This document shows positions 9,486 to 17,798 of a stretch of 64,000 bases of DNA, in pieces. Source of the DNA: a virus; IMG/VR virus record IMGVR_UViG_3300046115_000059, positions 1 to 64,000 of that record; one strand, 5' to 3'. Below the pieces are notes generated by a model. It saw only the letters and a list, made by a program, of their open reading frames with translations, did not search any database and had not been told where the DNA came from. Made by a program: the position numbers and the translations under genes. Every line of letters begins with the position of its first letter. Position 1 is the first letter of the stretch.

Positions 9486-9712
9486 ACGTGATCCCGATGG
9501 AAATTCAATCCGCACGCTATGTGAAACAGGCGCTCGATTACTTCAACGGCAACAAACGCAAAGCCTGCAGGCGGTTAGATATTTCGTATCACACGATCAA
9601 CCGCTATCTGGCGATCGAGTTGCGCTGGCGCGGGCTCAGCGATCAGGCGATCGCGGTGGAACACGTGCAGCGCGTGGGTGCCGATGATTTTTTGAAAGCG
9701 CTTGCGCAGTAG
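9482..9712 (+). CDS. Fis-type helix-turn-helix DNA-binding protein
   Basis: NKRKACRRLDISYHTINRYL resembles the Fis/NtrC C-terminal HTH. Confidence 0.6.
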   Translation: MNVIPMEIQSARYVKQALDYFNGNKRKACRRLDISYHTINRYLAIELRWRGLSDQAIAVEHVQRVGADDFLKALAQ

Positions 9713-9729
9713 TTGAAATAGACTATACT
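9702..9729 (+). promoter_or_regulatory. Promoter cassette P6 (degenerate: TTGCGC -35, spacer TTGAAATAGAC)
   Basis: TTGCGC 9702-9707, TATACT 9724-9729. Confidence 0.6.
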
Positions 9730-9749
9730 CACACGTGCAGGAGAACCGA

Positions 9750-10964
9750 ATGGCAACAGCAGCAGAAAATAATCTCGGCGCGGCCGGTATGGTTGAAATG
9801 CCGGGCATGCTCAGTAGCGCGATCGGTGGCGACGATCTCATGCTCGATCCGTCGATCTATGTCGGAGTGGGCACGCTCGATCTGACGCCGGATCAGATTG
9901 CCATACTGATACAGGATCCGAACGACAGCGAAATCGATATCCTCGTGACCGGGGAAGTCTATATGAGCCACGTGCATGTGCGTGCGCGGCTGATTCAAGC
10001 GTTCAAGCCTGCGGGCTGGGCAATGCGGCCGCTGTCGCGTGAACGCACCGAAGAGGATAGCGATGGCAAAACGGTGTGCTTCGAGCAAATGTGGGGCATG
10101 TTCGTGCGCGGGATATTCGTGGCGGCTGCGTGGGGCTCGAACGAATGGCGCCGGGACAACGATCGCAGCAACCGAACCGACGCGCTCGAAGCCTGCAAGT
10201 CAAATGCGCTCACGCGCTGCGCGAAGGATCTCGGCATTGCCGCGCAGTGCTGGGACAAGCGCTGGGCGGATGCGTGGCGGGCTGGGAAGTGCTTCCGTGT
10301 GTGGCTGGAAAAGGGCGATCGGGGCGGCAGTAATAAGCCGGTGTGGCGCCGGATGGACGCGCCAGCATTCTGGAACGAAAAAGGGATCGCGGACGACAGC
10401 CCGAACAAAGAGAAATACAACCTGCCGAAGCAAACGCAAGCCGGGCGCCAGCCGCCACCGCAAGGCGCGCAGGCGCCTACAGGAACCACGAACGGCGGCT
10501 ACCGGCAACCACAGGCCGCGGCCAGCTCGCAGGCGCCTACGCAACGACAGGGCAACAATCCGGTGCCAGCCACCGCGAAGCCGGATTTTCAGCCACCGGG
10601 GCAGTCTGCACCGGCTACCGGCACGATCCGCGTAATCGAGCTGCTGCAAACCGCGGATCTGTTCCGCTCAATCGATGATGCCAAGCAGCCGGACGGCAAG
10701 GCACACGTGTATCGGTGTGTTACGGACAAGCGCACCTATGCATGGTTCAGTTACGAAAAAATGGAAAACGGGCAGCTGGGATCGGATGCGTTTACTACGG
10801 CGAAGGAACTCGAAAAATCCGTCGTGGTGATCGATTACGTCACGCAATCGCGCGGCGACGGGCAAGGGGTGAACAATAAACTGCGCGGTGTGCGTGCGCT
10901 CACGTTGGCCGAACAGGCGCATGTGAATCAGCAGACGGTAGCAAACGCGAAGCACGGCAAGTGA
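9750..10964 (+). CDS. Mgm101/Rad52-family single-strand annealing protein with PQ-rich linker and extra C-terminal domain
   Basis: AFKPAGWAMRPLS...EACKSNALTRCAKDLGIAAQCWD parallels the yeast Mgm101 core AFG.GGWGLVPRS...[25 protein letters not shown] GGAGA lies before ATG 9750. Confidence 0.75.
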   Translation: MATAAENNLGAAGMVEMPGMLSSAIGGDDLMLDPSIYVGVGTLDLTPDQIAILIQDPNDSEIDILVTGEVYMSHVHVRARLIQAFKPAGWAMRPLSRERTEEDSDGKTVCFEQMWGMFVRGIFVAAAWGSNEWRRDNDRSNRTDALEACKSNALTRCAKDLGIAAQCWDKRWADAWRAGKCFRVWLEKGDRGGSNKPVWRRMDAPAFWNEKGIADDSPNKEKYNLPKQTQAGRQPPPQGAQAPTGTTNGGYRQPQAAASSQAPTQRQGNNPVPATAKPDFQPPGQSAPATGTIRVIELLQTADLFRSIDDAKQPDGKAHVYRCVTDKRTYAWFSYEKMENGQLGSDAFTTAKELEKSVVVIDYVTQSRGDGQGVNNKLRGVRALTLAEQAHVNQQTVANAKHGK

Positions 10965-11617
10965 GCGATACCGTCACGATCGATACGCGAATGATCACGC
11001 TGGACGACCAGCACCGCTACTGGCATGGCGATCGGCAGTTGGTGGGCACGACGTTCGCGCTGGCGCAAGGTGGTTTCATTGACGAAAACACGCTGCGCTA
11101 TGCGAACGTCGCGCGCGGGCATGCAGTGCACGCGATCGCGGCACTCGAAATGATCGAGCAGCTCGATCACGCCACCGTGGATCCGCTGCTTGTGGGTTAT
11201 CACGAAGCCGTGATGCGCGTGCGCGATGATCTACGGCTCGAAACCTCGCGCGTTGAGCAAGTGGGTGGCATTCCTGAATTGGGCTACGGCAGCACGCTCG
11301 ACTGGCTCGGCACAATTCAACCTCGCGGCCGCTCGCGGCGCCGAACGCTGATCGATTGGAAAACCTACGCCTACACACACTGGCACCGGCTGCAGGTGGG
11401 TGGCGCATATCTACCGGTCGCACACAAATGCTACGACGACAGCGAACCGATCGACACGCTCGTGGTGCAGCTCGAAGCCACGGGCGAATACAAGCTGTTT
11501 CCATTCGTGCCGGATCCCAGCGAACGCATGGTGTTTCTGGGTGCAGTGTCCGGCACGCGCTGGCGCATGAAATACGGAAGGGGTGGACAGCTCTATGGCC
11601 GAAGCAGTAGCAACTGA
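10961..11617 (+). CDS. Putative PD-(D/E)XK (RecB/Cas4-like) exonuclease, partner of the annealing protein
   Basis: GHAVHAIAA, STLDWLG and TLIDWKT motifs. GTGA overlap with the annealing-protein gene. Confidence 0.55.
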   Translation: MSDTVTIDTRMITLDDQHRYWHGDRQLVGTTFALAQGGFIDENTLRYANVARGHAVHAIAALEMIEQLDHATVDPLLVGYHEAVMRVRDDLRLETSRVEQVGGIPELGYGSTLDWLGTIQPRGRSRRRTLIDWKTYAYTHWHRLQVGGAYLPVAHKCYDDSEPIDTLVVQLEATGEYKLFPFVPDPSERMVFLGAVSGTRWRMKYGRGGQLYGRSSSN

Positions 11618-12401
11618 ATCGCTGGTAGCGATCGCAGCCGACGCGGCGACGAAGCCGGGCGACGAAGTCAAAGTGGTGATGGTGTCGCAGGAAATTGCGC
11701 AGCTCGCGCAGCAGGTGCAGGCGCTGCCCGCGATCATCGATACACCGGAACAATTTCAATTCGTGGCTGAACAGCGTGAAGTGTCGCGCGCGTTCGTCTC
11801 GAAAACAGAATCGTTTTTTGAGAAGTCGCGCAAGGCCACCTATGACGCGTGGCAAAGCGTGCTAGGTGATATCGGCACGTTGAAGCAGCCGCATTTGGAT
11901 CGTATCGATCAGGCCGATCGGCTACTGAAAGCGTTTCACCAGCGTGAACGCGATCGCGTGGCTCGACAGGAACGCGAAGAGCAAGCGCTGCTCGATATGG
12001 CTGGTGTGCCGGAAGAGGAACAGATCATCATGCCGCAACCGTCGCGGGCACAATCCGTGATGGCTGCGGCGCCGGTCAGCCTGCACGATAAGCCGGAAGT
12101 GCAGGGTATTGATCTGGCGCAGCTCGTGATCGGCATTGCGCGGCCAGCGATTTATATCGAACTGGCTGCGGTGATCGAGCAGCTGGCGCAGTCGCAGAAA
12201 GGTGTCAGCCGGGCCGCATGGTTAGCCGTGCGCGATTGGCTGCGCAAGGAATGCAACGAGCTGCCGCGCGTGCCGGTGCAAGTGGTCAGCGCGAATGCTG
12301 GGTTTATCCGCACGCAAGTATCACGATCGAAAATGCTGCTCAATTGGCCGGGCGTGAAAGTCGGCACTGGCAGTGGTGTACGCGCGAAGCCGAAACGCTA
12401 G
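11595..12401 (+). CDS. Hypothetical coiled-coil protein of the recombination module
   Basis: ATG 11595 after GGAAGGGG. Helical, charged sequence. Confidence 0.55.
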   Translation: MAEAVATESLVAIAADAATKPGDEVKVVMVSQEIAQLAQQVQALPAIIDTPEQFQFVAEQREVSRAFVSKTESFFEKSRKATYDAWQSVLGDIGTLKQPHLDRIDQADRLLKAFHQRERDRVARQEREEQALLDMAGVPEEEQIIMPQPSRAQSVMAAAPVSLHDKPEVQGIDLAQLVIGIARPAIYIELAAVIEQLAQSQKGVSRAAWLAVRDWLRKECNELPRVPVQVVSANAGFIRTQVSRSKMLLNWPGVKVGTGSGVRAKPKR

Positions 12402-12899
12402 ATTTTGTATGTTGATCTATTTAGTGTGCGGAGTCATACTCCGCGCCTAGAAACGAAAGGCCGCCACCGCGGGAAACGGTAGCGGCCAGATTCGACCGTG
12501 CTGGTAATGACAGCGACGGGCGGTTTCAGCCGTCAATCCTACCATTCCAGCACTCTAAAAATCTAGGTTTCTCAGCCGTGTGTGCAGGGGCTAACTGTAA
12601 CCAGCGGGCATACGGATGAGTTTCCCACAGCGAGCAATCCGGATGGGGCTAATAGCTCGCGCATGCGCCAGTGGCGAAACCACGGGGGCGCCTAGCTAGG
12701 GTTGGATTGGCCGACTCATAAAATTTCCCGTGGAATGCTGGCGCCGTATCGACCAGCATCCGACGATGACGGGCGGGCACCGTGGGGATATCCCTCGAAT
12801 GGCTGCAACGGTTATCGTGTTCGGGTATCCGCCGCTCTAGGGAGTGGCTTGCCCGAACGACTCAGGTGCGGCGCAGCCGTAAGGATTGGAGCTGGGGCA
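12402..12899 (+). ncRNA. Candidate large structured RNA, long structured leader or origin region (unclassified)
   Basis: 498 bp between a stop and the next SD-led ATG. No ORF of 60 aa or more on either strand across 12416-12701. At least six stable hairpins are present; coordinates are in the findings. Confidence 0.4.
12412..12440 (+). promoter_or_regulatory. Candidate promoter TTGATC-N17-CATACT at the start of the ORF-free region
   Basis: TTGATC 12412-12417, CATACT 12435-12440. The -10 resembles the cassette TATACT. Confidence 0.3.
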
Positions 12900-13433
12900 A
12901 TGAGGCTACCGAAAACAGTGTTGGATGCAGTGCGAAAATATAAAGCACTGATCAATGGTCCGGATCCGGACAATCTTTTTCAGAAAGATCCGGGCGAAGA
13001 GGAGATCGCGGAAATTGTTGGCGCCAAAATGAGCGTCGCGGATGCGGTGCTCGCGTGGATCGATGTGCATCCGATCGCGCCAAAACCGGCAAAGGTGGCC
13101 GCGTTGAAAGTTGCAGATCCATCGGTGTCGATCGTGATGAAGCGCTACGAATCGCTATGGCGCGCGAAGCACGGGAATGAACCGTTACCGCCGCAGAATT
13201 GGCCGATGATCGGTCGGCAGACGAAAGCGCTGCTGCTGAACTACGGCGAGCAGCGCGTGCTGCAGATGCTGAAAATCTATGTCGTGGAAGGCGATCTATT
13301 CTGGGCGAAGCAGGGATTTCCGTGGAGCGGTTTCTATAGCAGCGTGCCACGGCTGGCACTCGCCACACGCGGGCCGCTCGCGCAGGGCTCGGCAGCCGAT
13401 CGCGTCGCAGCTAAACTAGTCGGGGGTGCGTAA
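12900..13433 (+). CDS. Hypothetical protein (possible replication-module protein)
   Basis: ATG 12900 eight nt after GGAG (12888-12891). The track TTG start at 12702 is rejected. Confidence 0.6.
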   Translation: MRLPKTVLDAVRKYKALINGPDPDNLFQKDPGEEEIAEIVGAKMSVADAVLAWIDVHPIAPKPAKVAALKVADPSVSIVMKRYESLWRAKHGNEPLPPQNWPMIGRQTKALLLNYGEQRVLQMLKIYVVEGDLFWAKQGFPWSGFYSSVPRLALATRGPLAQGSAADRVAAKLVGGA

Positions 13434-13729
13434 TGTATAGCACACGGGAAGATCGGGAACAGGCCGCAAAGCTGAGTGAATCGCAGCAGCGCAAGCTGAA
13501 CGAACGGCGGGCAATTTTCTATGCAGGCTGGGACGGTCGCAGCGTATCCGTCGTGAAAGCGATGCTGCCGCTCGTGGTCGTGAATGCCATGCTTGGCGCA
13601 TTCCCACACGAGCAGCCGAGCCCGATCAGCGGTGGCAGTTACGAACTCGCGCGCGAGGAAGCCTTTCAGCGATTCGAACGCAAGCGAATCGAAGCGGAAA
13701 CCGCGGTGCTGCGGCAGGTGGCGCCATGA
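13433..13729 (+). CDS. Hypothetical protein
   Basis: 98-aa ORF with TAATG overlap. Confidence 0.5.
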   Translation: MYSTREDREQAAKLSESQQRKLNERRAIFYAGWDGRSVSVVKAMLPLVVVNAMLGAFPHEQPSPISGGSYELAREEAFQRFERKRIEAETAVLRQVAP

Positions 13730-14529
13730 CGCGCGCCGAAGCGGCCGAACTGGTGAAGGAATTCGATCGTGTGGCGCGGTCCGGCGTGCTGAAACTCACG
13801 ACGCAGCCGAACGAAGATTTTTGGACGCTCTATATCAGCGCGCTGGCCGATTACGATCTGATCGTCGCGCGCGCGGCAATGCAGCGTTATATTCGCACCG
13901 CTGGCATGGTGTTTTTCCCGACACCGGGGCAACTGATCGAACTGGTGGAAGGCGCAGGCGACGATCGTGGTCTGCAAGCGTGGCTGATATTCAACGAAGC
14001 TATTCACCTGATCGGCAATTTCAAGTCGCTGATCGTAGAGGATGCTGCGCTCGGGCGCGCGCTCGCGCAGGTGTTCGGCGGTTGGATCGATGCGTGTGAC
14101 ACGCGGGCCATAACCGAAGAGCCGACATGGCAGGCGCGAAAAAAGGAATTCGTGTCGAGCTACCGGTTTCACAGCATGGCCGCACCGTGCGAAGCGGATC
14201 CGATCTGGTTCGACGGTTTCTGTGTGCAGCAGAATCGTGAGAACCTCGGGCGCTGGGATTGGCACCTGCAACAGCTGATCGAGTATGCCGGGGTGATCAC
14301 GCGCAGTTTCGAACTGCAGGAGCGGCGCGTGGAACTGGATGGCAAAACACTGGCGCGGCTGCTGCCACTGCGCGACATCCTCGCATTGCCGCAGCCGATG
14401 CGCACGTCGGTGGCTGCGCTGCCACCGTCTGATCCGGTTGAAGTGTTCACGCCGGAACAGCGTGCGAAAGCGCTGGCGCACCTGCACTCTGAATTTCAGC
14501 GCGTGCTGCAGCAACGGGGCATGCTGTGA
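13726..14529 (+). CDS. Hypothetical protein (possible replication-associated)
   Basis: 267-aa ORF with ATGA overlap, positioned before RusA. Confidence 0.55.
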   Translation: MTRAEAAELVKEFDRVARSGVLKLTTQPNEDFWTLYISALADYDLIVARAAMQRYIRTAGMVFFPTPGQLIELVEGAGDDRGLQAWLIFNEAIHLIGNFKSLIVEDAALGRALAQVFGGWIDACDTRAITEEPTWQARKKEFVSSYRFHSMAAPCEADPIWFDGFCVQQNRENLGRWDWHLQQLIEYAGVITRSFELQERRVELDGKTLARLLPLRDILALPQPMRTSVAALPPSDPVEVFTPEQRAKALAHLHSEFQRVLQQRGML

Positions 14530-15155
14530 ACGATTGGCATTTGGTATTTCGCATACCAGAGCGGCCAGCCACGAAAGGCAGTGTGGCGTTTGTCACGCGC
14601 GTATTTGCAAAGGCGGATAACGCACGGCTGGCGGGCTGGACGTCGGTGGCGCAATTCGAAGCGGCGCGCGCGCTGATTAAGTCAGACCACCGCGGGCGCA
14701 TTACGCGCGAGGACGTGGCGCTCAGCGTGGTGTTTTATCTGCGCCGGTTTCCGAAGGATCAGGATATCGATAAGATGCTGCGCGCACTGCTCGATGCGCT
14801 TACCGGTATTCTGTTCGTGGACGATCGGCAGGTGCGGCACGTCACGATGACGAAGCGGCGGCCGCGTGTCAGCGATGGGGAATGCACGCATGTTTCGATC
14901 TGGGAAATGGGCGACGAGCCACCGGCTACGCTCGCAGAATATCAAGCGGCACAAGCCATTACGGCGCAACCGAAAACCGATCGCGCGAAAAACACCGCTG
15001 CGAAAGCGCAGCGTAAAAAACAGGCTGCGCGGTCCGCTAATTCAAGCAGTGCACGATCTAGTGTGGGCACGCGACGGCGGCAGTCGGCTGAGTGGGCTCG
15101 AATCGCCAACGAACGAAATGCACGAAATCGTGTCGCGCGCAAAGCTAAGGGGTAG
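14526..15155 (+). CDS. rusA: RusA-family Holliday junction resolvase with a long basic low-complexity tail
   Basis: DIDKMLRALLDALTGILFVDDRQV is the RusA core. The tail after about aa 130 overlaps another ORF. Confidence 0.7.
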   Translation: MNDWHLVFRIPERPATKGSVAFVTRVFAKADNARLAGWTSVAQFEAARALIKSDHRGRITREDVALSVVFYLRRFPKDQDIDKMLRALLDALTGILFVDDRQVRHVTMTKRRPRVSDGECTHVSIWEMGDEPPATLAEYQAAQAITAQPKTDRAKNTAAKAQRKKQAARSANSSSARSSVGTRRRQSAEWARIANERNARNRVARKAKG

Positions 15156-15378
15156 GCCGGACGCTGAAATTTTCAATACGCGCAATTGCATTCAGCTCAC
15201 GCGCGATGAGCACGAAGCGGTCACGCATAACCGAATGTGGATCGACGTCGGGGAACAGGGCGCCGATGGCTGCGCGTATTTCTGGGCGGGCTCGGCAAAA
15301 CAAGGGAAGCGTGATCAGCTGCTGGGGTGCAGTGATGTCAGCGCGAACGCGACGAACAGGGCGACGGTGGAACAGTAA
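14890..15378 (+). CDS. HNH-like nuclease-family protein (Cys-poor variant); start uncertain (14866/14890)
   Basis: KPLRRNRKPIARKTPLRKRS...VWARDGGSRLSG...EMHEIVSRA...NTRNCIQLTRDEH follows the pattern of phage HNH proteins. It lies in the +1 frame relative to the RusA tail. Confidence 0.45.
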   Translation: MFRSGKWATSHRLRSQNIKRHKPLRRNRKPIARKTPLRKRSVKNRLRGPLIQAVHDLVWARDGGSRLSGLESPTNEMHEIVSRAKLRGRPDAEIFNTRNCIQLTRDEHEAVTHNRMWIDVGEQGADGCAYFWAGSAKQGKRDQLLGCSDVSANATNRATVEQ

Positions 15379-15775
15379 CGGCGCGCGGCTGTCGCGCGTG
15401 CAGCTGCTGCTGGCCGGTGATTGGGACGCGCTCGAAGCGGAGATGCGTCCGCGCTGGCGTGCGCAGCTGAAACTGGAACCGTGTAACTACTGCGGGGCGC
15501 CGGTGTCTCGGCGGCTCGAAGATCGCACGATCGATCACATTCGGCCGCAGGTGCACGGCGGCAACAATGAACTGGAGAACCTCGCCAGCGCGTGCAAGAC
15601 GTGCAACGGGGAAAAAGGCAGCAACACGCTGCTGCAGTTTCTCGTGCTGCGCGCGATGCCAACGGCACACAGCAGCGACTATTATCGGCGCGTGAATTTC
15701 CGGCCGCAATTCAATCCGCTGTTCCGAGCTGAACATCAAAAAGTGCTGGACGACGCGTGCGATCATGGGCGCTAA
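15335..15775 (+). CDS. HNH endonuclease
   Basis: CNYCGAPV...TIDHIRPQVHGGNNELENLASACKTCNGEKG. Confidence 0.85.
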   Translation: MSARTRRTGRRWNSNGARLSRVQLLLAGDWDALEAEMRPRWRAQLKLEPCNYCGAPVSRRLEDRTIDHIRPQVHGGNNELENLASACKTCNGEKGSNTLLQFLVLRAMPTAHSSDYYRRVNFRPQFNPLFRAEHQKVLDDACDHGR

Positions 15776-16025
15776 AATCAAACCGCCACCGGAACCGCCG
15801 AAGCTTGCCGAAGTCTGGCAGCTGAATGCAGAATGCGACGGTGGTCGAACAGCAGAGGGGCGCGCTGATGTGACTGACGTCTACATTAGTCGAAGGCATA
15901 ATAGCATCATGGTGCGCGCGATCATCGATGGCAGCGGCACGGAGAAAGTATTCCGGCTCGGGAATTTCCGGCGCCTGTATCAGCGTGTGCCGGTCGTGCA
16001 TAATTGCACGTGTTGCGGGGGCTAA
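15765..16025 (+). CDS. Hypothetical protein
   Basis: 86-aa ORF from the track. Confidence 0.45.
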   Translation: MGAKIKPPPEPPKLAEVWQLNAECDGGRTAEGRADVTDVYISRRHNSIMVRAIIDGSGTEKVFRLGNFRRLYQRVPVVHNCTCCGG

Positions 16026-16029
16026 CTCT

Positions 16030-16746
16030 ATGAACGAATTCGGCACGGGGCGACTGCCGTCCGATGATCCGCGCGATCAGAATTATCCGGTGCGACTCGC
16101 GTTGGCCGCGGTGCCGGTGCCACCAAAACGCAAGCGGCCGTATCGGTTGGGACCGACGCAGAATCAGGCGCGCACACCATACTGCACGGGTTATAGCGCG
16201 TGGCACAAGCTGGCCGCGGCGCCGATCATGGCGAAGCCTGCGGATCTCCTGTCACCGGCAGCCTTCTACTTCGGGGCGCAGGATCACGACGAGTGGCCGG
16301 GCCGCGACTACACGGGCAGCAGTGTACGCGGGGCGAACGCGTTTCTGGTGGGCGCGGGCTACATCAAAAGTTATGTGTGGGCGAGCACCACGCGCGAGTG
16401 CATCGATTTCCTGTTGGGCGGCTATGGCACCATGCTGTGGGGCACGAACTGGTATCCGTCGATGTTCGTGCACGACTACACGGGGCGCATTATGGAACCG
16501 GAACCGGGCGCGACGCCGGATAGCGGACACGCGTTCCACGTCTTTTGGTATCACGCGCCAGACGATGAATTTTGGTTTCAAAACTCGTGGCTGCCGTGGG
16601 GTGTGACGCTGAACGGGCAGCCGGGCTGCGGGAAAATCCCGCGGCGCATTGCCGATCGGTTGCTGCACGAAGATGGCGAAGCGTGCGCCGGTATCGAGCG
16701 GAAAGTCATTCCCCTGACCATCGTGCCGAACGTGCCACGTGGCTGA
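16030..16746 (+). CDS. Papain-like (C1-type) cysteine peptidase
   Basis: QNQARTPYCTGYSAWH (Gln/Cys), GHAFHVFWY (His) and FQNSWLPWG (Asn-Ser-Trp) in papain order. Confidence 0.6.
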   Translation: MNEFGTGRLPSDDPRDQNYPVRLALAAVPVPPKRKRPYRLGPTQNQARTPYCTGYSAWHKLAAAPIMAKPADLLSPAAFYFGAQDHDEWPGRDYTGSSVRGANAFLVGAGYIKSYVWASTTRECIDFLLGGYGTMLWGTNWYPSMFVHDYTGRIMEPEPGATPDSGHAFHVFWYHAPDDEFWFQNSWLPWGVTLNGQPGCGKIPRRIADRLLHEDGEACAGIERKVIPLTIVPNVPRG

Positions 16747-17392
16747 TCGTCTGCAGTCGCGGATCGTTGGTGAGGGGCTCGTGGCGCCGGATCAATTGCT
16801 CGCGCATCCGGATAACTGGCGCCTGCATCCGGTGTTTCAGCAGGACGCGCTGCGTGCGGTGCTCGAAGATATCGGCTGGGTGCAGTCGGTGATCGTCAAT
16901 CAAACCACTGGACATGTGGTCGACGGGCACTTGCGCGTGGAGCTGGCGCTCGCGCATCACGAAGTAAAAATCCCGGTGCAATACGTGCGCATCAGCGAAG
17001 AGGAAGAGCGGCTGCTGTTGGCGACGCTCGATCCGATGTCCGCGCTGGCCGGGCGCCACGACGATAAAATCAAAATGCTGCTGGCGCAGCTGGGCGACGA
17101 TCGGCCGGAAGAGTTGCGGCTGTTGCTGGAGTACCAGCTCGATACCGATGCCATGCGTAAGCAGTTGCTCGATCAGCAGCAAGCCGCGCAGCCCGCGGCC
17201 GCGGTTGTGGAACAGGCTGGCGACACGACCGGGCGGCTGGTGCAGCTTTTTTACAGCCCGCAGCAGATGGCCGAATTTCAAGCGCTGGTGACACTCAAGC
17301 GGAACGCTGGTGCGGCTACGCTCGAAGAGGCAGTGCTCAGCGCACTACAGGATGCGGCGAATGGTGCAACAGAAACGGCGACGACCGAATAG
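16739..17392 (+). CDS. ParB-like nuclease-domain protein, paralogue 1
   Basis: HPDNWRLHPVFQQDALRAVLEDIGWVQSVIVNQTTGHVVDGHLRVELA. Confidence 0.7.
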   Translation: MADRLQSRIVGEGLVAPDQLLAHPDNWRLHPVFQQDALRAVLEDIGWVQSVIVNQTTGHVVDGHLRVELALAHHEVKIPVQYVRISEEEERLLLATLDPMSALAGRHDDKIKMLLAQLGDDRPEELRLLLEYQLDTDAMRKQLLDQQQAAQPAAAVVEQAGDTTGRLVQLFYSPQQMAEFQALVTLKRNAGAATLEEAVLSALQDAANGATETATTE

Positions 17393-17468
17393 TATTCCTA
17401 GCGCGCTGGCGATCAGCGATTTTCGAGCGTCGATCGATCGCGTCGTCCGTGAAGATGGGAAATGCTAC

Positions 17469-17798
17469 GTGCGCGACACCGCGATCTGCAGCTCGTGCAC
17501 ATGCGGCGCGTGGTCGCCAGTTCCATCTATCTATCTGCCGAAGGTCGGGCCGAACGGCTCGCAGCCATCGATAAGGAGTTACGTGGTCGTCCCTTGTTCA
17601 GTGTGCGGTAGAAATATCGATGACGAATCGCGGTGGACGATTTGTCCGCATGGGCCATTAGAGGCAGGTGTCAGCGACTACTGCATGCTGCACGATCTGG
17701 TGATTTCGCGGCATCCGGACATCTGCACGCCAGCATGCAAGGCTGCCGCGGTGCGCGCGACGGCTCGCTACGATCGGCTGCGTCATGTCTTTTCGTAA
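17469..17798 (+). CDS. Cys-rich hypothetical protein (start very uncertain)
   Basis: Only long frame between the two ParB paralogues. Contains CSSCTCG, CSVCG and CPHG. The only start candidate past the upstream stop at 17392 is a non-ATG one (GTG 17469). Confidence 0.3.
   Translation: MRDTAICSSCTCGAWSPVPSIYLPKVGPNGSQPSIRSYVVVPCSVCGRNIDDESRWTICPHGPLEAGVSDYCMLHDLVISRHPDICTPACKAAAVRATARYDRLRHVFS

Noticed and set aside
12587-12700. Fragments reminiscent of cobalamin riboswitch cores: AACUGUAA on the + strand and GCCACUGG on the minus strand.
   Set aside because: The fragments lie on opposite strands. The GGUGAAAAUCC-type and B12-box elements are missing.
12690-12800. Local resemblance to the ykkC/guanidine-I riboswitch: CUAGGGUU at about 12693, UCCGA after a hairpin, and ACGGGCGGG about 75 nt downstream.
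   Set aside because: The defining GGUCCGAGAG and CCCGGGAGA blocks and the second hairpin are absent, and the spacing after CUAGGGUU is wrong. I treat it as chance pending a covariance-model scan.
12702-12899. ORF-track start (TTG 12702) that would extend the 12900..13433 gene by 66 aa into the structured region.
   Set aside because: There is no SD and the start is non-ATG. The extension is Gly/Arg/Ala-rich and overlaps strong hairpins. ATG 12900 has a well-spaced GGAG.
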